From the NCBI GenBank assembly GCA_965248055.1, contig CBDFIJ010000004.1, forward strand, positions 988,299 to 1,052,298: a stretch of DNA of 64,000 bases, read 5' to 3'. This stretch comes from Candidatus Multivoradales bacterium (GTDB lineage Bacteria > Acidobacteriota > Thermoanaerobaculia > Multivoradales > JAHEKO01). This document shows, in pieces, positions 20,371 through 30,346 of the stretch (positions within the stretch are counted from its first letter, which is position 1; each line of letters opens with the position of its first letter). A model generated the notes under the pieces. That model made no database searches. It saw only the letters and a list, made by a program, of their open reading frames with translations, and was not told the origin of the DNA. The position numbers were made by a program, and so were the translations under genes.

Positions 20371-23300
20371 GATGCGGCCCTCTCCTGTGGTCTTTCTTGT
20401 AGCGACCGAACCTGCCAGTCGCTGGTTTGTAGTGCCTCTATTGCTTCGGTTGCGACGTGCGCAGCAGCAATGGTGGTGAAACAGGGGACTGAATGACGCA
20501 ACGCTGTGCGCCGAATCATGGTCCCATCTTGCTGCGCGGAATGGCCCGACGGAGTATTGATCACTAGATCAACCTCATGGTTACTCAAACAATCCACCAC
20601 GTGGGGGCGACCTTTGGTCAGCTTAAAAACATGTTTCACCGGAATTCCCGCTGCCTCGATCGCCGCGGCGGTCCCTTCGGTCGACAACAACCGAAAACCC
20701 AGCCTTACCAAGTCCTGGGCGATCGGCAGCACCGCCTGCTTGTCGCCATCGCGAACCGAGATGAAGGCGGTGCCAGTGGTAGGCAGTGCATTACCAGCCG
20801 CAATCCAGGCTTTGGCAAAGGCGTGCCCGACATCGTCGGCGACGCCCATTACTTCGCCCGTGGCTTTCATCTCCGGGCCCAGCACCGGGTCTGCCTCGGG
20901 GAAACGGTTGAAGGGAAACACCGGCACCTTAAGAAACACCCCCGGTACCCCCGGCTCGTCTACCAGGCCCAGTTCCTCCAGGCTGGCGCCTGCCATCACC
21001 TGTGCCGCCACCTTGGCCAGCGGGATCCCCACTGCTTTGGCAATGAATGGAACCGTACGGGAGGCTCGTGGGTTGACCTCCAGCAGGTATAAGCGCCCCT
21101 CATGGACCGCTGCCTGGACGTTCATCAAGCCGACAACCCCAAGGTCCAACGCTAGCGATTTAGCCATCGAGCGCAGTTCACCCAGCAACTCTTGATCAAC
21201 GCTATGGGGCGGCAGCACTGCCGCTGAATCCCCAGAGTGAACCCCGGCTTCTTCAATGTGTTGCAGAATTCCAAGCACCACCGCGCGTTGACCATCACAG
21301 ATCAGGTCGAGGTCCAGTTCAATGGCGTTCTCGAGGTAGCGATCGATCAGGATCGGATGCCCAGCGGAGACCTCCGCCGCTTGCCGCAGGTAGCCCACCA
21401 AGGTTTCCGGCCGATAACAAACCGCCATCGCCCGTCCGCCCAACACATAACTGGGGCGCACCAAGACCGGGTAGCCGATGCTCTCAGCAACTTGAACCCC
21501 CTCTTCGATCGACCTAGCGGTGCCATTCTCCGGCTGCAAGATCCCGTGCTTGCGCAGCAAGTTGCCGAACTGTTCTCGATCCTCGGCAAGATCAATCGCT
21601 TCCGGCGAAGTGCCCCAGATCGGTACACCGGCGGCGGCTAGAGGGCCGGCCAGTTTGAGAGGCGTCTGACCGCCCAACTGGACGATCACCCCTTGTGGCT
21701 GCTCGCGAGCAACCACCGCCAGTACGTGCTCTTCGGTGAGCGGTTCAAAGTACAAACGGTCTGAGGTGTCGTAGTCGGTGGAAACGGTTTCAGGGTTGCA
21801 GTTAATCATCACCGTCTCGAAGCCTTGTTCGCGTAGCGCGTACGAGGCGTGGACACAGCAGTAGTCAAATTCGATGCCTTGGCCGATGCGATTGGGACCC
21901 GATCCGAGAATGATCACCTTGGGTCGATCGGTCGGCTCCGCCTCGTCCTCCGAGCCATAGGTCGAGTACAGATACGGCGTCAACGCAGGGAACTCGGCAG
22001 CACAGGTGTCAATGCGTTTGTAGACGCGGCGGATTCCCCCTTCGGCAAGCCGCGCCTCGACCTCGGCAGCCTCACAGCCAAGCAACTGAGCCATTCGCGA
22101 AAGCGAGACACCGCTGGCCGCCGCCTCTTCCAGGCGGTCGAGTGGAACACTGCCTAGATCCCAGAACCCGACCTCTGCCTCAGCCTCAACAATCCTCTGC
22201 ATCTCACGCAAAAACCAGGGATCGAGGTGAGAGATCTCAGCCAGTTCGTCAACCGTCCAACCTTGGCGAAGCGCCGCAAAGACGGCAAACAGACGCTCCC
22301 AGTTGGGGTACGCCAGCCTGCCCCTCAGGCGCACCGGGTCGGCCATCCTACGGTCTCGCACCGACGAAGACTCCAGTTCCAATGAGGCGAGTGCTTTCAT
22401 CAAGGCTTCACGAAATGTCCCGCCGATCGCCATCGCCTCCCCCACCGACTTCATAGAAGTTCCCAGCATCGGCGGAGCCGCTGGGAATTTCTCAAACGCC
22501 CAACGCGGAATCTTCACCACTGTGTAGTCCAGGGTTGGTTCAAAAGCAGCGTAGGTTTCGCCGGTGATGTCGTTGCGGATCTCGTCGAGGTGGTAGCCGA
22601 CCGCCAGCAAGGCAGCAATCTTGGCAATCGGAAAACCGGTCGCCTTGGAGGCCAATGCAGAACTGCGCGACACCCGGGGATTCATCTCGATCACCAGTCG
22701 TTCGCCGGTTTCCGGGTTAACGGCAAATTGAATGTTGGAGCCGCCGGTGGCGACTCCTACCCGACGAATCACCCGGAAGGCGTCATCGCGCATCTCTTGG
22801 TATTCGTGATCCGAAAGGGTTTGCTGCGGAGCGACGGTGATCGAATCGCCGGTGTGAACCCCCATGGCATCAACGTTCTCGACCGAACAAACGACGATCG
22901 CATTGTCCGCCGAGTCGCGCATCACCTCCAGTTCAAACTCTTTCCAGCCGACCACCGACTGTTCCAGAAGAATCTTTCGCACCGGGCTGGCGTCCAGCGC
23001 CAGCTCCACGACCTCCCTCAGCTCGTCGAGGTTAAACGCCACCCCTCCGCCTTCGCCCCCCAGAGTAAAACTCGGGCGCACGATCGCCGGAAATCTGATC
23101 TCCGCGACAATGTCCGTCGCCTCAGCGACTGACCCTGCGTAGCCACTGGCGGGGACCGCTAGACCAATTTCCAACATTGCTTGCTTGAACTCCAATCGAT
23201 CCTCGCCCAAGCGCAGTGCATCCACCGCAGCACCGAGCAGCTCAACTCGAAAGCGCTCCAGGACTCCCGCCTCGTCCAAAGCCAGCGTCAAGTTAATTCC

Positions 23301-23582
23301 GGTTTGACCTCCTACCGTGGGCAGGATCGCGTCCGGTCGCTCCCGTTCAATGATCTTTTCGACCACACTTGGGGTCAAGGGCTCGATATAGGTCCGATCA
23401 GCAAAGCCAGGGTCGGTCATGATGGTGGCGGGGTTCGAGTTCACCAGCACTACCCGATACCCCTCACTTTGCAAGACACGGCAGGCCTGGGTCCCCGAGT
23501 AGTCGAACTCGCAGGCTTGACCGATGACAATCGGACCCGATCCGAGGATCAAAATCGAACAGATATCGTCGCGCTTTGGCAC
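20367..23582 (-). CDS. carB: carbamoyl-phosphate synthase large subunit
   Basis: Two ATP-grasp repeats and the MGS-like C-terminus. Start placed at the GTG giving MPKRDDI.. (the ORF track extends to 23642). Confidence 0.9.
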   Translation of the reverse strand: MPKRDDICSILILGSGPIVIGQACEFDYSGTQACRVLQSEGYRVVLVNSNPATIMTDPGFADRTYIEPLTPSVVEKIIERERPDAILPTVGGQTGINLTLALDEAGVLERFRVELLGAAVDALRLGEDRLEFKQAMLEIGLAVPASGYAGSVAEATDIVAEIRFPAIVRPSFTLGGEGGGVAFNLDELREVVELALDASPVRKILLEQSVVGWKEFELEVMRDSADNAIVVCSVENVDAMGVHTGDSITVAPQQTLSDHEYQEMRDDAFRVIRRVGVATGGSNIQFAVNPETGERLVIEMNPRVSRSSALASKATGFPIAKIAALLAVGYHLDEIRNDITGETYAAFEPTLDYTVVKIPRWAFEKFPAAPPMLGTSMKSVGEAMAIGGTFREALMKALASLELESSSVRDRRMADPVRLRGRLAYPNWERLFAVFAALRQGWTVDELAEISHLDPWFLREMQRIVEAEAEVGFWDLGSVPLDRLEEAAASGVSLSRMAQLLGCEAAEVEARLAEGGIRRVYKRIDTCAAEFPALTPYLYSTYGSEDEAEPTDRPKVIILGSGPNRIGQGIEFDYCCVHASYALREQGFETVMINCNPETVSTDYDTSDRLYFEPLTEEHVLAVVAREQPQGVIVQLGGQTPLKLAGPLAAAGVPIWGTSPEAIDLAEDREQFGNLLRKHGILQPENGTARSIEEGVQVAESIGYPVLVRPSYVLGGRAMAVCYRPETLVGYLRQAAEVSAGHPILIDRYLENAIELDLDLICDGQRAVVLGILQHIEEAGVHSGDSAAVLPPHSVDQELLGELRSMAKSLALDLGVVGLMNVQAAVHEGRLYLLEVNPRASRTVPFIAKAVGIPLAKVAAQVMAGASLEELGLVDEPGVPGVFLKVPVFPFNRFPEADPVLGPEMKATGEVMGVADDVGHAFAKAWIAAGNALPTTGTAFISVRDGDKQAVLPIAQDLVRLGFRLLSTEGTAAAIEAAGIPVKHVFKLTKGRPHVVDCLSNHEVDLVINTPSGHSAQQDGTMIRRTALRHSVPCFTTIAAAHVATEAIEALQTSDWQVRSLQERPQERAAS

Positions 23583-23835
23583 TACTGTGAGTGTAGCTGG
23601 GAATCGTCCAGCCGGACACACCCTAGTACCGGATTCGGTCAAAGATCTGGTTCTCTATTGCCAATGCCACAGGATTTCCTTAGAATCCTTCTCTAGGACC
23701 ACAGTGTCCACATTTCGGAGGTCACCTCGGCGCGTCCGCGTTGAGGATTTTGTACCTCCACCGCGGAGCCAAGACTCGTTCTTGGTTTCGTCACGTCTTT
23801 TTTCCTACCGGTTGTCCTAACAGGCAACTACTTCC

Positions 23836-23862
23836 AGCCGAATGTGAGGGCCGAATTTTTCG
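23836..23862. terminator. perfect GC-rich hairpin (TGAGGGCCG-AATTTTT-CGGCCCTCA) in the carB upstream / permease downstream gap
   Basis: 9-bp perfect inverted repeat seen directly in the sequence. No U-tract follows on either strand. Confidence 0.3.
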
Positions 23863-23931
23863 GCCCTCATCCTCTTTGGGGGAAAATATTTCTAGCCTCA
23901 ACCGGAAGCACGACTTGAAAAGCGAAATCGG

Positions 23932-25158
23932 TTACTCGGCGCGCAGCGCTCGCGCAGGCTCCACCCGGGTCGCCCGTGCCGCTGGGATCGCCGAGGCGAT
24001 CGCTCCAGAAGTAATCGCCAAGAGCGCCACCGACACTAAATCTCTCGACGTCACATGAAACGGAACGGCATTGAGAAAGTACACCGTCGCCAGATCATCA
24101 CCCAGTCGTATCAGTTGTAAAACGTCGAGCGTCCACGCCAACAAAGCACCCAAGCCGAGGCCGAGTGCGGTACCCACCAAGGTCAACAATAATCCAGACT
24201 CGAACAACGTCCGTCCCAACGACCTTTGATCGAGCCCCAAGGCTGCCAGAACCCCGAGATCTCTACGCCGCTCCCGGATCAACACCACCAGCGCTGAAGC
24301 CACATTAGCGGTGGCTACCAAGACGATCAACCCCAACAACAAGAACAACAACACTTGTTGTCCGGCGAGCGCGGCAAACAACGCTTGATTGGCAACTCGG
24401 AAATCTCGGATCTCATAACCCAGGCCCACCAGCTCGGTAATCTGTTCGCGAATCGACTCGAGGTCCTGGTCAGCGGCGACGCCGACCTCAAACGAACCCG
24501 GAGCCGCGGTCGCTTGCCGCAGGAAAGCCCGATCCACCACCACCCACGAGCGATCAAACTCGTGGTAACCGGTTTCGATCACCTGATGGATTTGCACCGA
24601 ACGGTAACGGAACTTAGGCCTGGGAGTGGAGACATCCATCAACATCAGGCGCACCGTATCGCCCGCTTCGACCCCCACCGTACGCGCCAGCTTGCTTCCC
24701 ACCACCGCACTATCGGGTGTCGGTAGCTCGAAACTGCGATTCCAAAAAAGACTCCCGTACTCGACCCCTCGCAGGGTCACGGCGGTTGAGGTTCCTGAGG
24801 TGGAGTCGCTTGCCAACAAAGAACCCTGGGCGTAGGCAACCGGATCCACCGATTCCACTCCGGGCATCGCCTGCAACGTCTGGGCAACCCGGGCTTGTTC
24901 TTGATCGGTGATCGATGCGTACGGGTAGACGCCGAAGTCCGCACCGCCCACCAGCAACCGATCCTCAAGTTCGGTGCGATAGCCGGTCATCAGCGCCATC
25001 GCCACCACCATTGCCACCACGCCCAGCGCGGTCGAGATCAGTGCCACCCGGGCGGTGCGGTGCCCAAGCAGCCCTTTGCGACCGAATACGAACCGCGACG
25101 CTAGCCCCCAGGTGAGACTGCTACGGGAGCTTCCACCCAGCCTTGCCGTGCGCTTCAT
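23932..25158 (-). CDS. FtsX-family permease (LolC/LolE-like)
   Basis: N-terminal TM helix, large periplasmic domain and three C-terminal TM helices typical of LolE/MacB-like permeases. No ATPase partner gene adjacent. Confidence 0.7.
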   Translation of the reverse strand: MKRTARLGGSSRSSLTWGLASRFVFGRKGLLGHRTARVALISTALGVVAMVVAMALMTGYRTELEDRLLVGGADFGVYPYASITDQEQARVAQTLQAMPGVESVDPVAYAQGSLLASDSTSGTSTAVTLRGVEYGSLFWNRSFELPTPDSAVVGSKLARTVGVEAGDTVRLMLMDVSTPRPKFRYRSVQIHQVIETGYHEFDRSWVVVDRAFLRQATAAPGSFEVGVAADQDLESIREQITELVGLGYEIRDFRVANQALFAALAGQQVLLFLLLGLIVLVATANVASALVVLIRERRRDLGVLAALGLDQRSLGRTLFESGLLLTLVGTALGLGLGALLAWTLDVLQLIRLGDDLATVYFLNAVPFHVTSRDLVSVALLAITSGAIASAIPAARATRVEPARALRAE

Positions 25159-26285
25159 GATTGATTTCGTCGCTGTTCGGCGACCAGCGCCAGAAATTCG
25201 TCAAACATGCACCCAGCGTCATGCGGACCGGGAGCCGCTTCTGGGTGGTATTGGGTCGAAAAAATCGATTTCCCTTGCACCATGAAGCCCTCTGCCGTGC
25301 CGTCATTGAGATTTACCTGGTTGACCCGACAGCCGTCAGGAAGCGATTCAGGGTCAACCGCAAAACCATGATTTTGACTGGTGATCAAGACTTTGCCGGA
25401 GTCGCTGTCGAGAACCGGCTGATTGGCCCCATGATGGCCGAAGGGAAGTTTGAACGTGGTCCCGCCGAGAGCCAAACCGAGCAATTGATGTCCCAAACAA
25501 ATGCCGAAAATCGGAATCTCACTGTTCACCAACTCGCCCACAATCTCAATCACCGAACTCAGCGCTGCTGGATCTCCTGGGCCATTCGACAGCAGCACGC
25601 CATCGACCTGTTTGGCCAACACGCTTTGTGCCGCCGTCTCGGCGGGTACCACCGTCAGCCGAGCACCCCGCATTGCCATCAACCGCAAGATGTTGCGCTT
25701 GACGCCAAAGTCGTAGACCGCGATATGGAACCGTTCTTCGCCCTCGGCAGGGATCTCCTCGATCTCCGATCGAGTCACCCGATCGACCAATCCAAGACCC
25801 TCCATCAACGGCAGGGCCCGAACCTGTTCCAAAATTCGATGCCGATCCTCAATTTCGCTGGTCAGCGCTCCGCGCATCGCCCCGGCGACTCGCAGTTTGC
25901 GCACCACGGCACGAGTATCCAGGCCCTCGAGGGCAGGGATCCCCCCGGTCTTCAGGTACTCGACCAACTCGCGCTCAGCAACATGACTCGAGGCTTTGGC
26001 GGTGAACTGCTTGGCGACGAACCCTTCGACCCAAGTCCGGTGTGACTCTGCTACCCGGGTCTCAATCCCATAGTTGCCGACGTGTGGAACCGTCATCACC
26101 ACAATCTGACTGCAATACGAGGGGTCGGTGAGGATCTCCTGATATCCGGTCATCGAGGTATTGAACACCACCTCACCAAAACCAGTACCGGCGACCGGCA
26201 TCCATCCGCGGTAGACCGAACCGTCTTCCAGGATCAGAAGTCCGGGCTGGCGTTGCTTGGTGGCTGGGTCGAAGAGTTGGGACAC
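25155..26285 (-). CDS. carA: carbamoyl-phosphate synthase small subunit (glutamine amidotransferase)
   Basis: Class I GATase motif GICLGHQLL and the N-terminal CPSase small-chain domain. Confidence 0.9.
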   Translation of the reverse strand: MSQLFDPATKQRQPGLLILEDGSVYRGWMPVAGTGFGEVVFNTSMTGYQEILTDPSYCSQIVVMTVPHVGNYGIETRVAESHRTWVEGFVAKQFTAKASSHVAERELVEYLKTGGIPALEGLDTRAVVRKLRVAGAMRGALTSEIEDRHRILEQVRALPLMEGLGLVDRVTRSEIEEIPAEGEERFHIAVYDFGVKRNILRLMAMRGARLTVVPAETAAQSVLAKQVDGVLLSNGPGDPAALSSVIEIVGELVNSEIPIFGICLGHQLLGLALGGTTFKLPFGHHGANQPVLDSDSGKVLITSQNHGFAVDPESLPDGCRVNQVNLNDGTAEGFMVQGKSIFSTQYHPEAAPGPHDAGCMFDEFLALVAEQRRNQS

Positions 26286-26303
26286 AACCTACGTTCGTTT
26301 GAG

Positions 26304-27329
26304 CTATGAAGCAGTGAAAGCGGAAACAGTGGGTTTCGGTGACCAGCTTTGAACGTCGTCCATCAATTCGACCAAAACCTCGGGGGCGATCGCCTGACGA
26401 CCATCGGAAAGCGCCTCGTGGGGTCGATCGTGGACTTCGATCATTAATCCGTCTGCCCCCGCTGCCACCGCAGCGCGAGCCAAGTGAGGCACCTTGGCGT
26501 AGTCGCCAGCCGCGTGACTGGGGTCGACAATGATCGGCAAGTGGCTGACCTTCTTCACCGCCGGCAATATCGCCAAATCCAAGGTCGATCGAGAATGGTC
26601 GGACAAGGTCCGGATACCGCGCTCACAGAGGACAACTTGCGAATTCCCTTGTTCGAGAATGTACTCAGCAGCCAGCAGAAGCTCGGTCATGGTGGCGGCG
26701 AAAGACCGCTTCAACAAGATCGGTTTGCCACAACCTCCCGCCGCCTTGAGCAGCGAGAAGTTATACATGTTGCGGGCGCCGATTTGCACCATGTCAGCGA
26801 CCTCGGCCACCCGCGGCAACACCGCAACGTCCATCGCCTCGGTCACCACCGGGAGTCCGACTTCCTGTCGTACCCGCCGCAAGATTTCCAATCCCTCGTC
26901 GCCAAGTCCTTGGAAACTGTAGGGGCTAGTGCGCGGCTTCCATGCGCCTGCCCGGAGCATTTGCCCACCGGCTCCCCGCACCGCCTCAGCGATGCGCGCC
27001 ACTTGGTCATAACTTTCCACCGAGCACGGCCCGGCGATCCAGGCTAGGACTCCGCCACCGAATACCGCTTCACCCACCTGAACCACGGTATCTTCCGGCT
27101 TGATCTCCCGGGACACCAAGCGATACGGAGGCCCGACCGGGATCACTTCGTAGACACCTTCCAGAGTGGCGAAGCCGTTAACCTCAAGTGCAGTCATGTT
27201 GCCGGTCACCGCGACCGAGGTGCGTTGACTGCCTTCGATCGGTGTCGCCTGCAGAGCCCGCGACCGAACGCGTTGGATGACATCTTCCACTTGCTTCGGG
27301 GTGGCATCCATTCGCATAACGATAAGCAT
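26304..27329 (-). CDS. aroG: 3-deoxy-7-phosphoheptulonate (DAHP) synthase, type I-beta with N-terminal ferredoxin-like regulatory domain
   Basis: Strong end-to-end resemblance to the Thermotoga-type DAHPS: IAGPCSVES, KPRTSPYSFQGLG, LLKRSF, VDPSH. Start set at the internal ATG (MLIVMRM..). Confidence 0.8.
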   Translation of the reverse strand: MLIVMRMDATPKQVEDVIQRVRSRALQATPIEGSQRTSVAVTGNMTALEVNGFATLEGVYEVIPVGPPYRLVSREIKPEDTVVQVGEAVFGGGVLAWIAGPCSVESYDQVARIAEAVRGAGGQMLRAGAWKPRTSPYSFQGLGDEGLEILRRVRQEVGLPVVTEAMDVAVLPRVAEVADMVQIGARNMYNFSLLKAAGGCGKPILLKRSFAATMTELLLAAEYILEQGNSQVVLCERGIRTLSDHSRSTLDLAILPAVKKVSHLPIIVDPSHAAGDYAKVPHLARAAVAAGADGLMIEVHDRPHEALSDGRQAIAPEVLVELMDDVQSWSPKPTVSAFTAS

Positions 27330-27485
27330 GAGGGTTCCAAGTGATCGGGATCGCGCCCGAGGGACTGTTATCATAGCAACGTGTTTGCGCGAAAAGGTGT
27401 CCCAATTGGCTCCGCTGTAGCGATCAAACGTTCTTGGCTCTGGTGTGGCTGCAAGCCCGTCAACCGACCCACGCGAGAGAGGGCT

Positions 27486-28214
27486 ATGGGATGGGCCGCT
27501 CTGCTGGTGGCGGTTCTGGCCTCGCCGATCTTGGCGGCCGCCGACACCATCGTCTTGAGAGACGGTCGCCGAATCGAAACCCGCGAGCCGTACAAAATTG
27601 AGGGTGACCAGGCGGTGCTAGTTCTCACCAACGGCACCGTGACCACGCTCCCGCTATCCAGCATCGACGCTCGCAAGACCGAAGAAGCGAGTCGGCTTGG
27701 TGGCTCCGCCAAGGTGATTGATGGGCGGGAGTCGCGACCGATTCAACCCGGGCAGCAACCACGCCCGTCCAGCTCCTCTTTGAGTCAGGTCGCTGGCCAA
27801 AGGCGTTTGGCTGACCGCCGAACGCGGCAACCACGGCCATCGGACAACCCACCCACGATGGCTACGCAAAGGGTGCAACTTGCCGACGATGCCACCCGTG
27901 GCTTCCTGAGCAGCCTCTATGCTTCCCAGGGATTGTCGGCAGAGCTATTGGAAAGCACCGGCCCGGGCACCGCAACCGTGCGCCTGAGTACTGACTCAGA
28001 AGCCGAGGTATTTCGAGCCCTGGTGGCCACCGCAGTGGCCTTGCTGCAGTCAGCGGAAAAACTTGAGAATCCGCTCGCCGTGCTCGAACTGGAGATGAGG
28101 TCCTCGGATGGCGGCCAAGCGGGTGACTTCCGCATCACCCACGATCGAGCTGAGGCCCTGCGCACTCAGGCGATCTCGCCGCAGGAGTTCTACGTCCGTT
28201 TCGTCGAGTTCTGA
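27486..28214 (+). CDS. hypothetical secreted protein
   Basis: Start chosen at the ATG preceded by GAGAGAGGG. Signal peptide MGWAALLVAVLASPILAAAD. Pro/Gln/Arg-rich middle. Confidence 0.45.
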   Translation: MGWAALLVAVLASPILAAADTIVLRDGRRIETREPYKIEGDQAVLVLTNGTVTTLPLSSIDARKTEEASRLGGSAKVIDGRESRPIQPGQQPRPSSSSLSQVAGQRRLADRRTRQPRPSDNPPTMATQRVQLADDATRGFLSSLYASQGLSAELLESTGPGTATVRLSTDSEAEVFRALVATAVALLQSAEKLENPLAVLELEMRSSDGGQAGDFRITHDRAEALRTQAISPQEFYVRFVEF

Positions 28215-28261
28215 TCGAGCCCACCGCTTTGCCGCTGCGTTCTTTTGAGCCGCGATTCAGC

Positions 28262-28851
28262 TTATTCGCTGTCAATCTCGGAAAGGTAGAGATCCCCTCG
28301 CGAAGTGGAGAGCGAGTAGACAATCCCTTCCTGGGTCAGCGCCATGGTCGCCGCGTCTTCTAGCTCGCTTTTTGCTTCGGTCTCCGCCAGTTTGGCCAAG
28401 CCACAGGTCCAACACTTTCGCCTGCCCTCTCTGGTTCACCATCACGTTGGCGGGTTTGAAGTCACAGTGGATGATTCCCTTAGCGTGAGCTTCGGCCAGG
28501 GCGTCGGCGATGGGAATGGCAAGATCAAACAGCTTGCTGAGCCCAAGACCATCTGCAGGAACGTGCTGGTCAAGAGTCTCACCTTCCACCAGCTCCATAG
28601 TCAGGAAGTGAATCCCGTCGGTTTCTTCGACCGAGTGGATGGTGACGATATTGGGGTGGTTGAGCGCTGCCACCGTCTTGGCCTCGCGTTTGAAGCCCTC
28701 CAAACGATTGGGATCGCTGGCCAGCCGCTGGGGTAAAACCTTTAAGGCTACTGAAAACGGCTGAGCCCTCCGTGCCCGATACACCTCTCCCATTCCCCCC
28801 TCGCCGAGCTTGGAAAGGGATACGGTAGTGAGACAGCCTCTCTCCGATCAC
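28262..28851 (-). pseudogene. Ser/Thr protein kinase remnant (frameshifted, truncated)
   Basis: GTG + MIGERLSHYRI, then +1 shift into the frame encoding LSKLGEGGMGEVYRA (Gly-loop), ALKVL (VAIK), and a degenerate catalytic loop HCDFKPANVMV. A second shift follows near LD(FG)LAKL, with termination ~190 aa before the activation segment/APE. Confidence 0.55.
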
Positions 28852-28960
28852 CAGTTTGTGTCCTTTCGAGATAGAGATCTTTCGCTCGGCTCAGGACTCA
28901 GCGCCGAGCGCCTCGGCTTGGCGGTGATCTGGTAGTGAGAGAGGGTGGTACCAATCACGC
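28795..28960. repeat. direct repeat copy 1 (~165 bp, ~85% identical to 29700-29878) covering the kinase 5' end and upstream hairpin
   Basis: Base-by-base comparison of the two stretches. Both contain GAGATCYTTCGCTCGGCTCAGGACTCAGCGCCGAGCG. Confidence 0.75.
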
Positions 28961-29401
28961 CAGCGGGTCCTCGACCGCTAGTCCCGGGATGGATTGGAAG
29001 TTGCGATCATGAGTCCAGATCACCGAGGCTCCGTTGTCAAACGCCGCCAAGGCGATCTGAAGGTCGAAGACCCGCACACCGCGGATGTCCCGGTCTGTAG
29101 CAACCTGCAGTAGCCGAGGGCCGAATTCCGGGCCAGGCCGCCAAAGACGGCCGCCGCCGTCTACCAATCCCTGCAAGAAAGCCTGTGCCTCGAGTGGCTC
29201 AGAGGGGCGACCGGTAGCGGTCGGATGGGTCACGATGCTCCAGAACTCGGCGATCGCAGGCGAGGCAACACCCCAACCACGACCACTGTCGGCAGCTCGT
29301 TGAATCGCTTCGCGCGCCGCGGCGTGCTCAGAAACCCCAGTGCGATGGGCGTAAACCAAAAGGTTGGTATCGATGGCGATCACGATACCGTTCGCAACCA
29401 T
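28955..29401 (-). CDS. vapC: PIN-domain ribonuclease toxin
   Basis: IAIDTNLLVYA (acidic PIN residues), 148 aa. Overlaps the upstream antitoxin gene by 22 bp. Confidence 0.8.
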   Translation of the reverse strand: MVANGIVIAIDTNLLVYAHRTGVSEHAAAREAIQRAADSGRGWGVASPAIAEFWSIVTHPTATGRPSEPLEAQAFLQGLVDGGGRLWRPGPEFGPRLLQVATDRDIRGVRVFDLQIALAAFDNGASVIWTHDRNFQSIPGLAVEDPLA

Positions 29402-29625
29402 TCACGCATCGCGGCGCGATCGGCGACGTCTATCCCCGCAGGTAGGCCTCCATTCACCGTCACGAACTCGAGTCGCTGAGTTCGATGCTCCGCGATCGGT
29501 CGATCGCTCTCCAGCTCGCGCCGCAGGCCACGGGTAAACAACTTGCGCAGAGTCGTCCTCTCTTCTGCGGCCTTTTTCTTGGCCGCGACCAGCAACTCTT
29601 CAGGTAGGTCAATGGTGGTTTTCAT
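29380..29625 (-). CDS. vapB: type II antitoxin (VapB-like, MKTTIDLPEELL family)
   Basis: 81 aa. MKTTIDLPEELLVAAKKKAAEE is characteristic of VapB/ribbon-helix-helix antitoxins. Confidence 0.65.
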   Translation of the reverse strand: MKTTIDLPEELLVAAKKKAAEERTTLRKLFTRGLRRELESDRPIAEHRTQRLEFVTVNGGLPAGIDVADRAAMREWLRTVS

Positions 29626-29674
29626 GAACCCATATTGCCATATTTATGGTTATACGGCACATCTCATCTTGGCC

Positions 29675-29764
29675 TCACTGCACTTTCGCGCGATAAACCT
29701 CTTTCATCCCACCTATGCCCAGCTTGGAAAGGATGCGGTAGTGAGACAGTCTCTCTCCGGTCAT
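29675..29764 (-). pseudogene. 30-codon kinase N-terminal remnant (MTGERLSHYRILSKLGIGGMKEVYRAKVQ*) inside direct repeat copy 2
   Basis: Hand translation. Intact Gly-loop in frame, preceded by AAAGGA, but terminates after 30 codons. Confidence 0.4.
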
Positions 29765-29878
29765 CAGTTCGCGTCCTTTTGAGATTGAGATCCTTCGCTC
29801 GGCTCAGGACTCAGCGCCGAGCGCCTTAGCTTGGCGCTTATCTGGTAGTGGGAAAGCGTGGTGCCGATCAGTTCCCCC
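29700..29878. repeat. direct repeat copy 2 flanking vapBC
   Basis: See copy 1. Same orientation. The vapBC pair lies exactly between the copies. Confidence 0.75.
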
Positions 29879-29905
29879 CCGGTCCACAGGCACTATCACC
29901 TAGGG

Positions 29906-30340
29906 TTAGTCAGCGGCTTCTACCTCGTCCGGCGCTTGTGACAACTCCACCAACACTCCCCCTGCAGAGCGCGGATGGATGAACTGAACCCAGCAACCTC
30001 CCGCACCCAGGGTGGGCTGTGGACGGAGGACATCTGCGCCTGATTCTTCCAGTTTGAGTTGGTCAGCGTGGATGTCATCAGTGGCAAAGCAGATGTGGTG
30101 GACGCCTGGACCGCGCTTGTCGAGGAAGCGTCGTACGGGCGAGTCTTCAGTGGTGGGTTCGAGTAGCTCGATCCGGGTCTCACCGACTTCGATCATTGCC
30201 ACCCGAACGCCCTCTTGGGGTACCTCTTCGATGTGATCGATAGTCAGTCCTAGGGTCTGGTAGAACTTGGCTGACTCCTCGATCGACTCGACGGCAATGC
30301 CAATGTGATCATATTTTGAACTGCCACGGTTGACCTGCAA
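29906..30340 (-). CDS. methylmalonyl-CoA epimerase (VOC/glyoxalase family)
   Basis: DHIGIAV ... HHICF pattern. 144 aa. Confidence 0.65.
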   Translation of the reverse strand: MQVNRGSSKYDHIGIAVESIEESAKFYQTLGLTIDHIEEVPQEGVRVAMIEVGETRIELLEPTTEDSPVRRFLDKRGPGVHHICFATDDIHADQLKLEESGADVLRPQPTLGAGGCWVQFIHPRSAGGVLVELSQAPDEVEAAD

Positions 30341-30346
30341 GGCCCC

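Noticed and set aside
25161-26045. 294-aa plus-strand ORF antisense to carA
   Set aside because: carA on the minus strand has unambiguous GATase/CPSase motifs. The antisense frame is an artefact of high GC.
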